A stretch of DNA of 64,000 nt, from NCBI GenBank assembly GCA_963693365.1, contig CAVNZM010000013.1, positions 6,438,640 through 6,502,639 of the forward strand, written 5' to 3'. Below the pieces are notes generated by a model. The model saw only the letters and a program-made list of their open reading frames with translations, was not told the DNA's origin and did no database searches. Source of the DNA: Amoebidium appalachense (Eukaryota; Protista; Ichthyosporea). A program made the translations under genes and the position numbers. Of the stretch, positions 1-12,905 are shown one piece after another. Within the stretch, counting starts at the first letter, position 1; every line of letters starts with the position of its first letter.

Positions 1-3000
1 CCGCAAGAATGCTGAAGTACACCGTGACTAGCTCGCGCCTTTACTTTGTTACTCGTACCACACACAGTGTGGTGTCAAGTCATGTTCTTCGTCATCACAC
101 ACAGTGTGATGCAAGGTGTGATGCCGAGCCTGGAACAGCCCAACAACGGCTATTCAGCTGGGTAGAAAGCACTCACAATATATACAAAAGCAGACAGAAG
201 GGTTTAGCACACAGAACCCTAGTATGAGCAACACCAGGTTGCAAGCATGAAGAGGCTATAGCTAAGTAGTCGTGGGGAGCCATAGAAGTATATAGCTTGG
301 TTAGCAAACCGTTCACCTGCACACCTATGTGCACGTGTGTTAACCCTTATTCTAACGCAGATAATGGGCTGTGTTTCGACTCTTTAATTTGAGTACCAAT
401 AGGTGTGGAACGATATAGTCAACTACTCAACATCCATCTTGCCCCTATACTTCACCATGCTGATGCCTTGGCTTACCTGTTAGAGCCTGTTAGAGCCGCT
501 CACAAAACCCGAACTTGGCAAAGTCACAGTAGCAGGTTCAAGGACCTGCGATGGGGAAGAGACTTTTAGAACCTAGGGGTACGGTGTTATATAAGGCCAA
601 AAAGGAGGCAACACAACGTGGCGTTCTCTGTAATACTGATGCAGCATAGACTGCAAGAAGTATAAACTAATAACAGAGCAACAAAGGCTCGCGATCGAGG
701 ATATACAGATGCCTATGCACGGCTGGGCGTGGACGCCCAATTTCGACCAAGGCAAGCACAGAAGCGCTTACAAGTTTTAGGTTGTATCCTTCTTGCCGTG
801 TGACCTCACGAGACAAAAAGAGGCTAGTATGTAAGTCAGAGGGTTCGTGAAGATGAGGTTATTAAAAAAAACTCACCTTGCCTGTGGCGCATAGCTCCGT
901 TTTTCCAGACTCAAAACTCCTGCCTGCCCAAAAACAATATGCTTAAAAACATCAACTACTATTCTACGCAGTCTTGGGCCACGGCCCACTGCTGTGTATG
1001 CAAGTTGTAGATGGAGCCGCAGCAATCTCACCAAACACAAGACAAAAGCAAATGCGTGCAAGCGAGTTTAGAGTCGCCTGTTTCTTTACACCAAAACTTG
1101 CCAACGGTTGTCTTTGACGACCAGCTGCTGTCTAGGAATCTTTGCTACTAAATGCGCGCGAGTGGTGCGACTTGACCGACTTGCAAGTCTTTTTCTTGTT
1201 TGGTGTGGCCGTTAGGCCGCACATGGCATCACATTGATTCGGGCCGGGTCAAATTTGCGTAGTCGGGAAGAATTCCGGACGAAATCGGGAATAAATTTAG
1301 ACCTCATTACAGTCTACCAATCAGAATAGCTGGCTTAATTCGTGATCGGGGATCATCGGGAGCCGGATTCGCACTTTTTTTTGCTGTGACTGGCCAGGTG
1401 CAATGGAAATCATGAAGTTGGTAGCACTCAACAGATACTGATCAATACGGGTAGGGACACATGCATGTGCTTAGTGTCATTGCTTTCAGAGTTAAGCAGC
1501 CTGAGGCTCCTGGTTCAGAAAACGATCGAAGCTTTATAATATCGGAGACGGTGCTTGTTTTCAAGAGAAATCAAAAACCTACAGGACACTACACTTGGCT
1601 CTTGGTAGTCGTCTCTAACTTGTAGCCTTCAGTTGTCTGACTTGTAACGTGTGACATGCAGTGCCCTTCAACGTTGGCAGGTAATTATTTCAAAACGGCC
1701 CGGGCCATGCCGGGGGCCGGGCCAAATTCAGAATAGCAATGTGACGTCACGGAGGGCCTCCGGAGATAACGCGCCTATGTCTAACGACTCAAAAGATTCA
1801 AAACAACCACACAAACATGTACACGGCTAAAGCTCTGAATACCTTCTACATGTGAAAACGAAGTGGTAGCTTTGTGGCATTAAGGCAAATGGGCGAGACT
1901 TGTGCTAGTGTAATAATGCACTGACGGTCACAGCTGTGCCCCCACTGTGACCGGTGACCCCTATTTTTGTAGGCCTACCGTGTCTTTCCGTGCGGAGCTT
2001 GCGAAGCGAGGTGCGAAACTACTAGATAGGTATGATATGTCATGAATTCTAGTGTTTAGGTATCTCAGTATGCACTTGTTACTGGATAACTCGTGAAGTT
2101 TTTTGTTATTGTCTTCTCAGTATGCCGTGCATACTTGCATATCTTTCCGTCGAATAAATCCAGTCAAAAGAAATTTTTTTTCCTACCACCACCTGTGAAA
2201 ATTTTTCGACTTGCGAAAATCATGCCAGGTGGAGTTAGAGCATTTTATGTCATACAATAGCCTGTCCAATCATTTTTGATCTGCTGACTACAACAAAGGT
2301 ATTTGCTTCCGATGTGTTGATTGGTCCATGTTTTTAATTGGCTTCAAGCGTATAAAGACTTTCGGAAAGTTGGTCAAAGTTGATTGCTGCCGTTGATTGG
2401 TCTATGGCTGTTAAGCATATCACGCTAATTGGATAAATCTATTCCAAGAATGTCAAAAAGTGTACAGCCGTTTAGCGATTGGGTATTTATCATGTAAAGC
2501 GAATCCGCCATCTTTCACATACCGCATTCCACTTAGCATGCCATCGGTCGAGGGGAATTAACGAATATATGTCCAAAAAAGTAAAACCCACGGACCATAT
2601 ATGGTCAAAGTTTTGATTGGTCTGTTATATCGTCCACCAATAGACTGAACGCGGGGTACACCGCTGCGCGGCTGCAGTCGATCGAGCGCAACGGTCCACC
2701 GTTCTCCCATACCTCATCTGACTCCCTAGATTTTGTGGGGAACGATCATGTCTAATATGGAAATTGAAAACTCTTATAGGAGAATCATAGGAAATTTGAT
2801 TTTGAACACTTAGCCCTTAAACCCTACTAACTCACCTCGTCGTTTTGAGTGGAATGCGGGTGTCACCGACTCACCGGGTGGATTGCGGCTAAAACCGATA
2901 AAAGCAACGTGGCAAAATAGAATGATGCTTCTTTTATTTAGAAGCGACCAATCATATCGCCTATTTACACAATTCCCCGGAGCATTAAATGGTAACGTTG

Positions 3001-5635
3001 AGGGCCTAGTAGTTTCCCACCTGCTTCGCAACATGCGCCGTGTCCGCGGGCGGCTCAAGCTGTCAAGTGACGTGCCCACGGGCTGGGCCGCTGTTATCAT
3101 CCATGAGGGGATAATAAAGTTTAATAACAGCCCAAATATTAAAGTTACCTCCGATATTTTAGGGCTAACGCGTCCTAATTGCCACATAGTCCGTGTATAC
3201 ACCAATCAAATGCAAGGTGGATACCAGGTTCGATTCGCTAGCTATCATGCGCAATCTGACGGCATTCAAAATAGTACAACCTCCTTTCTAGGATTGAGTG
3301 ACGTCATTCCATAAGATTGTAAATTCAATTTTTGCATAGCGGCGTATGCACGAGTATACTAACTCTCGGCGGGACCAGCAAGTTAGTGAAAGTCGCTCTA
3401 GCAATGCGCTACGTTGTTGCAACTCAAACTATCTGAAACAAGTTTAAGAGATGTTTTCCTGTGTGTAACATTGTTTTGAGTTTTTTTAACACTTTTGTGG
3501 TCTCTAGTCTCGAAAACGCACTGATGTGGCCACATGAGTCACATCAGACGTTGCGCAGGATTGGCGCTCATTTGATTGGTGTATACACAGTCTCTGAATT
3601 GACATTAGTAGCGCGTTAGCCCTATAATATCGGAGGGAACTTTAAATAATGATTGATACATCAAATATATATGTCATGCAAAGTGCAAAGTGGTATGTGG
3701 AAAAGACAAAGAAAAAAAACTTTAGTAAATGCTTGAATACACATTAATGTGGGATTGCTCATGTTATGGCATGCCATGTGCACATGTACATGTACAAAAG
3801 GAATAGAGTGACAAGCCCCGGGGCCGCTTAGAGGACCGCCAGACATCATCCGTTCCACTATAGCTATGGTATGTGCCTGGTATGACATTATTGCACCTCC
3901 TCGTTCCTATTGGTCGAAGCATTCAGCAAGAATAGCCCCAAATATTTTACCACTATGCACAGGCATTCCAGCCAGATGCAATGCAGCAAGCGGGGCGCTA
4001 AACCAATCATTTCTATCCGATACGATAAATTTATCACTTGTCGACTGAGCGAACCATCATCGCTTTTCGAGGCTATGCCGACTGAAGGAAAATAAAGGCA
4101 AGTGCGTATATATACCGTATATATATAACCTTTAGTGGGAACAGAAACAAGACAAGAGTAATTGTAAGGGTAGGATTTCTTTATGGTGATTGAGCATCAG
4201 AGGTTTAGCGGCAATATTTGCAAGAGACAGCCTGCGAGGCATGGCCCCATGAGTGAGGAGGCACGTACCCGCGTCAGCGGATGCGGACATGGGCGATGCA
4301 CTGAGTCAATTATTGTAGATGGTTGTTTGTGTGTACGTATGTACTGTAGAGATGTAGCTATGTACTCGACACGGCATTACTTTAAATCAGCAAATTCGCC
4401 GTGCTAATGGGCATAATATTCAATGCACAATGGATACTATGAAATGGAAAATAGTAGTAATAGTGGGGTCGGGCCTGTCCTCTGTTCTTCAGGCCAATAA
4501 CAACGTCCCCAGGATCCCAGGCGGTCAGGCCGACGGTCACGTTACAGGCAGGGGATAGCAGACGTTGCAATGCAGGCCTGTGCACACGTGTAACAAAAAA
4601 AAATAGGCCTCGTCGTCATGAGTCATCGATCATCACGTACGTGCTGACGTGTACACTTGCAAACAGTCCCGCTGGTGCACAGTGTCGGAGGGTGAAAGCG
4701 GAGGCCAACGGGCCCAGTCACGGTGAACCTCTGTCGACGTCCGGGCGGGTCCCTTGAAGTTCCACCCAAGGGTGCGGGGCAAAGAAGGATTTAGCAGGAG
4801 TAGCAGGGGCAGGCCAGATAGATAATAATTACTCGAGTGAAAATGATATCGTGTCGGGCCCAATCTGACACAATGCTCAGAGATGATGCATGGCCACTAA
4901 CACGAAAGTGTTATAGTAGTAGCCAATATTCAATGTGAATTCGAAGCCTGGCCACTAACTAAGCCAAACAAATCATCATTGTTCAATGAATGTTCGACTC
5001 TCAGACTGAATAAGGTTCCGATACAATCATCAATTTCCGAGGCAGATTGTCAAATGTTCTGTGCCATGGCCAATACCGCAATACTTATCTTTTTGGAAAC
5101 AGTAAAAAAAGTGATACATCGATGCTATCCGAGGCTGGCCACGTGGCACACGTTTCATACCGGGTTAGGCTGTGACAATAGTGACAATAACGCTTTTGGC
5201 CTGCAGCCAAGGGGGCCCCAGAACAGGGGGAAGGGGGGGGGGGGGGGGGGGGGGGGGGCTGAGGGGGGCCCGTGCCAGGGGGAAGGGGAGGGGGAGGACC
5301 ATAATAGAAACATGATAATGGGACCGTGGGCCGAGAGGGATCCGGACTGACTCGAAAGGGGGGTCGCAGGGAGGGCCCGGAAATTTTAAACGGTGACCCT
5401 GAGTATACTTGTCCTGCCAGTCCAGCCGTGGGAGTGCTAGACGATAAACCCACACAGAAGTTGGCAGGCTGGTCAGTGACACAGTCATGATCACAGTCAC
5501 ACCGTACACACCGTGTTGGCCCGCACACGCATGACACACCTGACAGAGTGCAGAAGCATGCATATTATGGCGGGGCTTAAAATTAAACATGGTAGACACA
5601 TGGGCACACGCACTCACACACGCAGGCACCTGATC

Positions 5636-5707
5636 CACACAAACACACACACACACGCACACACACGCGCGGTCGCGCGCGTGCGTGCACACACACACAC
5701 ACACTGT

Positions 5708-5790
<83 letters not shown>

Positions 5791-5937
5791 TTGTCATACA
5801 GAAACACACACATGTGGCACACTGGCACACGCACACACCATGCGAACCGTTATGTACACACACACGCACACGCACACGTGCACACTGTGTCACACAGTAC
5901 TACACACACACGCGGTAGTACTGGCATAAACACAAAC

Positions 5938-6032
<95 letters not shown>

Positions 6033-6083
6033 ACGCACACACACACACTGTCACACACAACACACACACACACACACACACAT

Positions 6084-6121
<38 letters not shown>

Positions 6122-6125
6122 GCAC
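5636..6125. repeat. Compound (CA)n microsatellite
   Basis: Directly visible; representative of dozens of such tracts in the window. Confidence 0.97.
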
Positions 6126-6994
6126 ATCCAATGATGGCCACCACACACACGAGGGCCAGCTGCTACATTGCGCGAGCAATCGTGCGCGAACACCAACACA
6201 CACCCAAAAGCGCGAGCGCACACACGTGTGTACAGGCACATACAAACGATGTTCACTCACCGTGTCACAGTCACACTGACATCGTCTGTATTAGACACAC
6301 ACACGTGGGCATCATAGGCGTGATCAACTGGGCCCGGCCTGCAGTCAATTGCCTCGGCCAGAGAAACACAATTACAAATATGTGCAGGTGTGCAGACCAT
6401 TTTTCCATATCACCCGGTCCGTGGATTATTATATACTCTGTCTGACTCACTCGGAGATGCATTTTTAAGTGGTGTCACCGTTTGGTGTCACGGACGGTGT
6501 GTTGTGTACATATGTGATGGTAGGGTCCGCATACTGACGAACCTTTAATACTGATGCAAAGTTGTTCACCGTACGTTTAGGTTTTGCCGGTGAGTGTGTG
6601 CAACCGTGTGTGCCTGCGTATGTAATGGTGGTGAGGTGGTGGTTGATTGTTGCTATAAATTTGCGGGGGAAGGGGGGAGGGAGGGGGGGGAGGGGGGAGG
6701 GGGGGGGGGGAGGGGAGAGGAGGAAGGGAGGGAGAGCCGGAGCAAGAAAGAATGAGTGAGTGTGGTGTGTGTGAGTGTCTATAGAGAACCTTGATTGACC
6801 ATATATGTGCACGATCGCAAGTTCTGCGTCGCGACGAGCTCTACGACACAGTGTCACTTGAAATCGGCGCAAATATCACGGTTAAAAAATTTCGGCCGAT
6901 GCGGCCAAAACGAGTTGTTTTGCCGTGGCAGTAAGATATATAGATGTAGTTGCAGAATGGGGCGCCCGGGGGGGGGCTTTGGTTGGTTGGTTGG

Positions 6995-7030
<36 letters not shown>

Positions 7031-7080
7031 AAACTTTTAGCTCAAGGTGTGTGTGTGTACGTTTGTGTTTGTGTGTGCCA

Positions 7081-7144
<64 letters not shown>

Positions 7145-7301
7145 TGGTGGTGGTGGTGGTGGTGGTGGTGGTGGTGGTGGTGGGGGGGGGGGGAGGGGGG
7201 GGGGATGGTCCGGGTCTGTAATCCAAAAATGTTGCAAGGTGAGGGAGAGAAAAGTGGGCAGGCCTGGGGTGGGGGGGGGAGGGAGGAGGAGGAAGGGGGG
7301 G

Positions 7302-7332
<31 letters not shown>

Positions 7333-7910
7333 AGGGGGGGGGGGGGGGGGGGAGCCTCCGAGGGAGGGAGCCACTGGGGAGGAGGAGGAGGCTATGTACA
7401 GGTTGCCAGACTGATGTAACACTGATTGAAATATTCACTTTGGTAGCCAGTACCACATACTTTCGAATATACATTGTTGATCTGGATTTGCAGTATACCA
7501 TAACCCATTGAAGTGGCGTGCAAATCGGGTAATGAATGTGAGAGCATAACTGTGGGGGCAAAACAAACATATCAAGCGGGTCGGTGACCAAACACGAAAT
7601 TATAAGGCAGATTGTATGGTAAATATAAATATTACTCTGAGTTGAACTGTGTGCACTAACAGGCAGCCGTCTATGAATTCGATCCTTCATTTCTTTCTTG
7701 TGGGCTAAAACAAACAAACAAACAAACAAACAAACAAACCAACAAACGAAAGTACATCACAAATGTTGTGATAATATTAACAACCACCTCATTGACAAAG
7801 AAAACAAAAAAAGAGAAAGCAACACAAACCACAAGGACAACGAGGAGCAATGGCGAGAGACTAGGGTGGGAGTTGGGACTTGTGTGTGTGTGGGGGAGGG
7901 TGGGGTGGGG

Positions 7911-7944
<34 letters not shown>

Positions 7945-8007
7945 GGAGTGAGTGGAAAAAGTGGGGAGAAAAAAAGAGAGAGATTGGGCAGGGGGGGAGG
8001 AGAAGAA

Positions 8008-8038
<31 letters not shown>

Positions 8039-8087
8039 GACACAGGGTGAGAGAGAGATTGTGTGTGTGGAAGAGAGAAAAATAGTG

Positions 8088-9482
8088 TTACTTTTCATGA
8101 TCCGGATTGCTTGCAGTTTCAAATTCCTCCAAAACATCCTTGACGACCATTTCCCTATCATACCTCACGTTCTGAGTTTCCCGTATTTGCTGTACCATTT
8201 TTTGCTGCTCGAGCTCATTCCACCTTAGCCTGCACTGCTTCGCCGAGTAATATTCCTGGTATTCCTTCGAGTCCGGGGTTGTCGGCACCGGTATCGCCAC
8301 GCTCCCCATTTTCCGCTCGTAAGACTTAACCAAAACGTTCAATCTACCGGTAACATCGTTCCAAAATTTCGTCGAAAACAAATGCTTTTCCTCGTCGAAA
8401 AATCGATCCAGGTCTTCCGACTCATCTTCAATGGACCCCTTGCCCTTTCTCGTCCTCTTTCCAATTTTCGCGTTTTCGTTTTCGTCTTCCGGTTTCGCCT
8501 TCCCCCGTTTAGTTGTCTTCTTCGGTTCCTCCTGAACTTCCTCTTCCTCTTCTCGCTTTTTCCGTTTTTTCATTCCCTTAATCCTCTCCCGTTCCTCCTT
8601 CTCTTCCGCTTTCTTTTTCGCCTCTTTCGCGTACTCTAGTCGCACCGATTTCCTCGCGTTCACAAGGAAGGAATCGAAAACACTCACCCAAGGTTTCCCA
8701 AGTAAAACTTTCTTTTTCTGTGGTTGTTCGACGGCTCCTTCCACTGTAGGTTCAAACGGGACCGAGACTTCCGGTTTTTTCTTCTTTAACACGACCTGCC
8801 GTACTATTTCTTCCAAAATTTCCTTCCTCCAAGCCGCATTCTCATTCAGAATCAAATGGCGTAGATATATCGCGTTTTTCAGTTGTTGGGATATATCCCG
8901 TCCCAGCAGTTTCAACTTATCCTTAATCATCTTTTGTCTCACTTTCTCCTCATCTCTCCTTTTTTTCTCCGTTTCTTTTTCCACTTTTTTTCTTGCTCTT
9001 TCCTCCTCTCTTTCCTTCCTTTTCCTCTCTTTTTCTTCCTCCGTCAACTTTCCCGACTTTTTCTTTTCCGGGGTGGTTTCCGTTTCAATCTCTCCCAACT
9101 CTTCATTCACCCCTATATCTGCATCCAACCCGTCGTCGGATTTTTGTGTTTCGTTTCCGGTGTTTTTCAAACCGGTTTCCGTTGCTTGCTTGCCGGCTTC
9201 CTTCTTGGGAACCTCATTCTCCCGTGTTTCCGTTTCCCTTTTCCCTTCCTTTCTTGCCTTTGACGCTGCTAGCGATTCGCTTTTCAGCGTCCAATCTAGC
9301 TTGTCGATTGCCGATCTCTCGTCACCAGGTTTCCTTTTTTGGATAAACGGCGAATCAAGGTCGTCCAAATCGCCCGCATCTGATTCGCGACTGCCGCTGA
9401 CCGTGAGCTGTGATTGGCTCGTGTGTGAATACGCCTCGTGTGATTCGTTGTCGCCGCCTTCTTTGAGTGGACTGCCAATCAT
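8088..9482 (-). CDS. Large exon of a multi-exon gene: K/E-rich (coiled-coil-like) protein with a C-terminal Myb/SANT (trihelix/MADF-like) motif
   Basis: 1.4-kb open frame with no microsatellites. It is preceded by a branch-like GCTAAC and a CCCTTCAG acceptor at 9483-9485. The C-terminal FSTKFWNDVTGRLN...YSAKQCRLRWNEL resembles SANT/trihelix helices. The TAA at 8088 may instead be part of a GTAACA donor leading to a short last exon near 7700. Confidence 0.7.
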   Translation of the reverse strand: MIGSPLKEGGDNESHEAYSHTSQSQLTVSGSRESDAGDLDDLDSPFIQKRKPGDERSAIDKLDWTLKSESLAASKARKEGKRETETRENEVPKKEAGKQATETGLKNTGNETQKSDDGLDADIGVNEELGEIETETTPEKKKSGKLTEEEKERKRKEREEERARKKVEKETEKKRRDEEKVRQKMIKDKLKLLGRDISQQLKNAIYLRHLILNENAAWRKEILEEIVRQVVLKKKKPEVSVPFEPTVEGAVEQPQKKKVLLGKPWVSVFDSFLVNARKSVRLEYAKEAKKKAEEKEERERIKGMKKRKKREEEEEVQEEPKKTTKRGKAKPEDENENAKIGKRTRKGKGSIEDESEDLDRFFDEEKHLFSTKFWNDVTGRLNVLVKSYERKMGSVAIPVPTTPDSKEYQEYYSAKQCRLRWNELEQQKMVQQIRETQNVRYDREMVVKDVLEEFETASNPDHEK

Positions 9483-9700
9483 CTGAAGGGATTTGGGGCG
9501 GGCAGTTAGCACGTGCATAAAAGCGACAACACTCTAACCACCCTTACACTTTGTTCCTTCTTCACTTTGGCTGGGGCAAGGGAAGCCGGGCAGGAAAGGA
9601 AGGAGGGGAGAAGAAAGAGGGGCGGTGGGTGGGGAAGGGGGGGGCAAAAGGAGAGGGAGAGGAAGAGTTTCAGAGGGGGAGGGGGGAGGGGGGGGGGGGG

Positions 9701-9800
9701 GTTGATTGCGCTATATGGTAGACGAATGCACAAATAACGAACACGATGCAGAGTGCAAATCACACACTAAGAGTATGCATAATAAGCAGAGCCCATCCAC
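9701..9800 (-). mobile_element. Dispersed SINE-like element, 5'-truncated copy
   Basis: On +: AACACGATGCAGAGTGCAA...AAGAGTATGCATAATAAGCAGAGCCCATCC, between G tracts. Confidence 0.7.
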
Positions 9801-9809
9801 GGGGGGGAA

Positions 9810-9844
<35 letters not shown>

Positions 9845-9906
9845 AAAGAGAGACAGGGAGGGGACAGAGAGAATGAGGGAGAGGAAAGGGGGGGGGGGGG
9901 GGGCAG

Positions 9907-9960
<54 letters not shown>

Positions 9961-10831
9961 AGCGCGGGGGGAGGGAGGGGGGGGGGGAGAGGGGGTGATT
10001 AGGGTTAACCACTTCCCGCTTCCCATCATCTTCCCGTGACCTCTAATCCAATTACACATCAGGCTGAAGATATCTTGTTAAACTCACACACACATTAACT
10101 AACCACGACCCCCCCCTCCCCCCCACCCCTGCCCCCAAAAAGCGCACACACACACACACGCACACAAGGACGGGGGCACATGCGTAAACACATGCCATCA
10201 CACCGAGACACGGGTACAAACCCCCCCCCCCCCCCCCCCCCCCCCCCCACACACACACACGCTCACACCCACTCCCATGCCCACACCCACGGACACAAAC
10301 ACACAATCCATGACCAAAATACCCTCTAAAACATTTCCTCGTGCCTAAGTGCATGCAGTAATCGCATACATGTGCATGTGCACATGTGAACACGTGTGAT
10401 AAAACACAGCCAGACACACATTTCGAATGCACCCATTTATTTGTGTTCGTCCCGACTTTCCATAAGACAATTTTAAAAACAATACAAAAACGATAAATAA
10501 AAGAATTTAAAAAAACCCCACACATACTGCCATAAGCAGGTGAAGAGGGTTGTTGCTTGCTTTTGCATTGTTCCCCACTGGTGGTAAGGGTTTTGTGTGT
10601 GTAACTGTAAGGGTGATTTCATATGCATGTGCGTGCTGTACGTGCCGTGCCTGTGTGTACGTGTGGAAGTCGGACCGGGCGTGTGTGTGTGTGTGTGTGT
10701 GTGGGGGGGGGGGGGCATGTACGTGTGTGTGTGAGGGATATACATATGACTGTGCGAGAGGCGGGGGGGAGGGGTCATGTATATGTGTGTGTGAGGGGTA
10801 TACATATGACTCGGAGAGAGGGAGGGGTAGT

Positions 10832-10879
<48 letters not shown>

Positions 10880-10921
10880 GGGGGGGGGGGGGGGGGGGGT
10901 GGGGGGAAACAAAAATTTTAC

Positions 10922-11115
10922 CTCATGCCACGACGGGTCAGTGATGGGGGGTGGGGAAGTGTTCGCTTCTAATTTTGCCCTCATTTGGTCAATCACTTTC
11001 GAGAAATGATAGTTCACTTCCTCTGTCGTGATGTTGAAATGCAGAGCAAGAATGCGATCCGATTGGCTCTTACTCAGAGAGCTTATGAAGAGCTCCTGTT
11101 TGGAGGAGAGGTCCT
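10922..11115 (-). CDS. Probable upstream exon of the same gene (EDLSSKQELFISSL...DPSWHE)
   Basis: Open, non-repetitive 194-nt segment between (CA)nCGTAG and GTAAAA. Further candidate exons lie at ~9990-10022, ~12598-12667, ~13855-13885 and ~15293-15427 (phases not fully resolved). Confidence 0.55.
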
Positions 11116-11117
11116 CT

Positions 11118-11182
<65 letters not shown>

Positions 11183-11190
11183 AGAGAGAT

Positions 11191-11238
<48 letters not shown>

Positions 11239-11343
11239 TGTGTGTGTGTGTGTGTGTGCCATTATTTTGGTGGGAGGGAGAGCAGGGGCGAGGGGAGAGG
11301 AATGTCAGTCTACGTGTGCGCAGGTGTGCCTATGTGTGTGTAC

Positions 11344-11396
<53 letters not shown>

Positions 11397-11498
11397 CAGG
11401 AGTGTGTTCATTCTGTAAACGTACTGTGTGCGGTGCGTGATGTGGGTGCAATTGTATTTGAGGAACCAGAGGTATGGATGGGGGGGGGGGGGGGGGGG

Positions 11499-11756
11499 GT
11501 TGAATGTGTCATAAAGTACGAAGTATACAAGAACAAACGGATAACACGATGCAGAATGCAAGCCATACACAAAGAGTATGCATAATAAGCAGAGCTCATC
11601 CTCAGGGGGGGGCCACGTCATCCACAGTACCCGAGTTTCGACCTATTCACCTCGAAAACGAAACCTAACTCAGATACTGTTTCACTTGAACATGGGTAGG
11701 TCACCCGTCTTGATCAGAGACGAACAGGGTTGCTTATGCAGGCAAGGGCAGTGGGA
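11499..11756 (-). mobile_element. Dispersed SINE-like element, near full length
   Basis: Colinear with 55961-56252: GCAGAGCTCATCCTCAGGG, GAGTTTCGACC, AACTCAGA, CCCGTCTTGATCA.AGACGA.CAGGGTTGCTTATGCA.GCAAGG. Confidence 0.8.
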
Positions 11757-11859
11757 AAGGTCGGGGGTTAAAGTTGCAGCAGTGGGGGGGGGGGGGGGGG
11801 GGGGGGGGGGGGATGTCCTGTGTGGGGCTGAAGAGCGTGTGTGTGTGTATGTGTGTGTG

Positions 11860-11912
<53 letters not shown>

Positions 11913-12376
11913 GCGCGCGTGCACACACGTATCAGAACGCCATGGTGTGAGCGTGGCATGTTTGATGTATGCAGTGTGTGAGTATGTGTGTGTGTGACTC
12001 TTTCTGTACGTTTGTGTGCGTGCAGTGCCCGTGTGTGTGTGTGTACACCGTGTGTCCTTGTGTATGTGTGTGTGTCGTATGTGTGCACACACGTGTGTCT
12101 ATGTGCGTGTGTTGTGCACTTGCAGGGGTAGTGCTTTAAAGGAGATGTCAGACTGGTTGAAGAATCCTCACGGTGGTGTGTGGTGCTTAAAGCTACCCAC
12201 TAAAAAACCTAAACGTGAATCTGCCATGCCCTGTTTGTAAAACGTGCCTGACATCGTCAAAGCACCCATGGGCACACATACAAAGGTATTTCCACCAAGA
12301 CCATGCATGCACACACACACACACACACACCACAATATAGCAAACCCACAAATATGTATCCAGATTCACACTCCAC

Positions 12377-12435
<59 letters not shown>

Positions 12436-12684
12436 CCCACCACCCACACCCACACCCACCTACCTACATACACCCATTCCCCCCCTCCCCCCCCCCCACA
12501 GCCACACACCCACACATTCACCCCTCTCCCCCCCCCCCCCTCCCTCCCTCCCTCCCTCCCCCCCCCCCCCCACACACACACACACCCACACCTACCCTTT
12601 CTGTTCATCAACCTCCGTCTCTCTGCCTGCCTCATTGCAGATAGTGACGCCATCCATCTCCAATGTATCTGGGCCGGCCTAAAA

Positions 12685-12905
12685 CCCCAAAACCCCAAAC
12701 TTCAGCTAGGTTTCACCAGCCCCAAACCCATGATTTTAATTTGTTATCAATAACCCCAAAGCCAAATTTCCAATGATTTCGACAACTCCAACCTCGAAAT
12801 TTCAAATTGCTTTCACCAACCACAACTTAGAAACTTATATAGTATTTGCCATATCCCAACCTCAATGTTCCCATTTGTTTTCACCGACCTAAACTATCAA
12901 ATCCC
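12685..12905. repeat. Degenerate ~33-bp minisatellite, 6-7 units
   Basis: Units of approximately CCCCAA(A/C)C...TT.CA..TG.TTTCACC(A/G)A. Confidence 0.6.

Noticed and set aside
2810-3314. Overlapping 131-aa and 143-aa ORFs
   Set aside because: No recognisable motif or splice context; the lengths are compatible with chance.
10832-10906. Very long G tracts as specific G-quadruplex elements
   Set aside because: Such tracts are ubiquitous here and homopolymer lengths are unreliable in assemblies; there is no locus-specific evidence.
11596-11645. Hammerhead ribozyme in the SINE-like element (CTGAGGA and CGAAAC on the same strand)
   Set aside because: GAAAC precedes CTGAGGA, stem I cannot be formed, stem II is mismatched, and the GUH site is absent in the 56.1-kb copy. 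An Infernal or RNAMotif search could revisit this.
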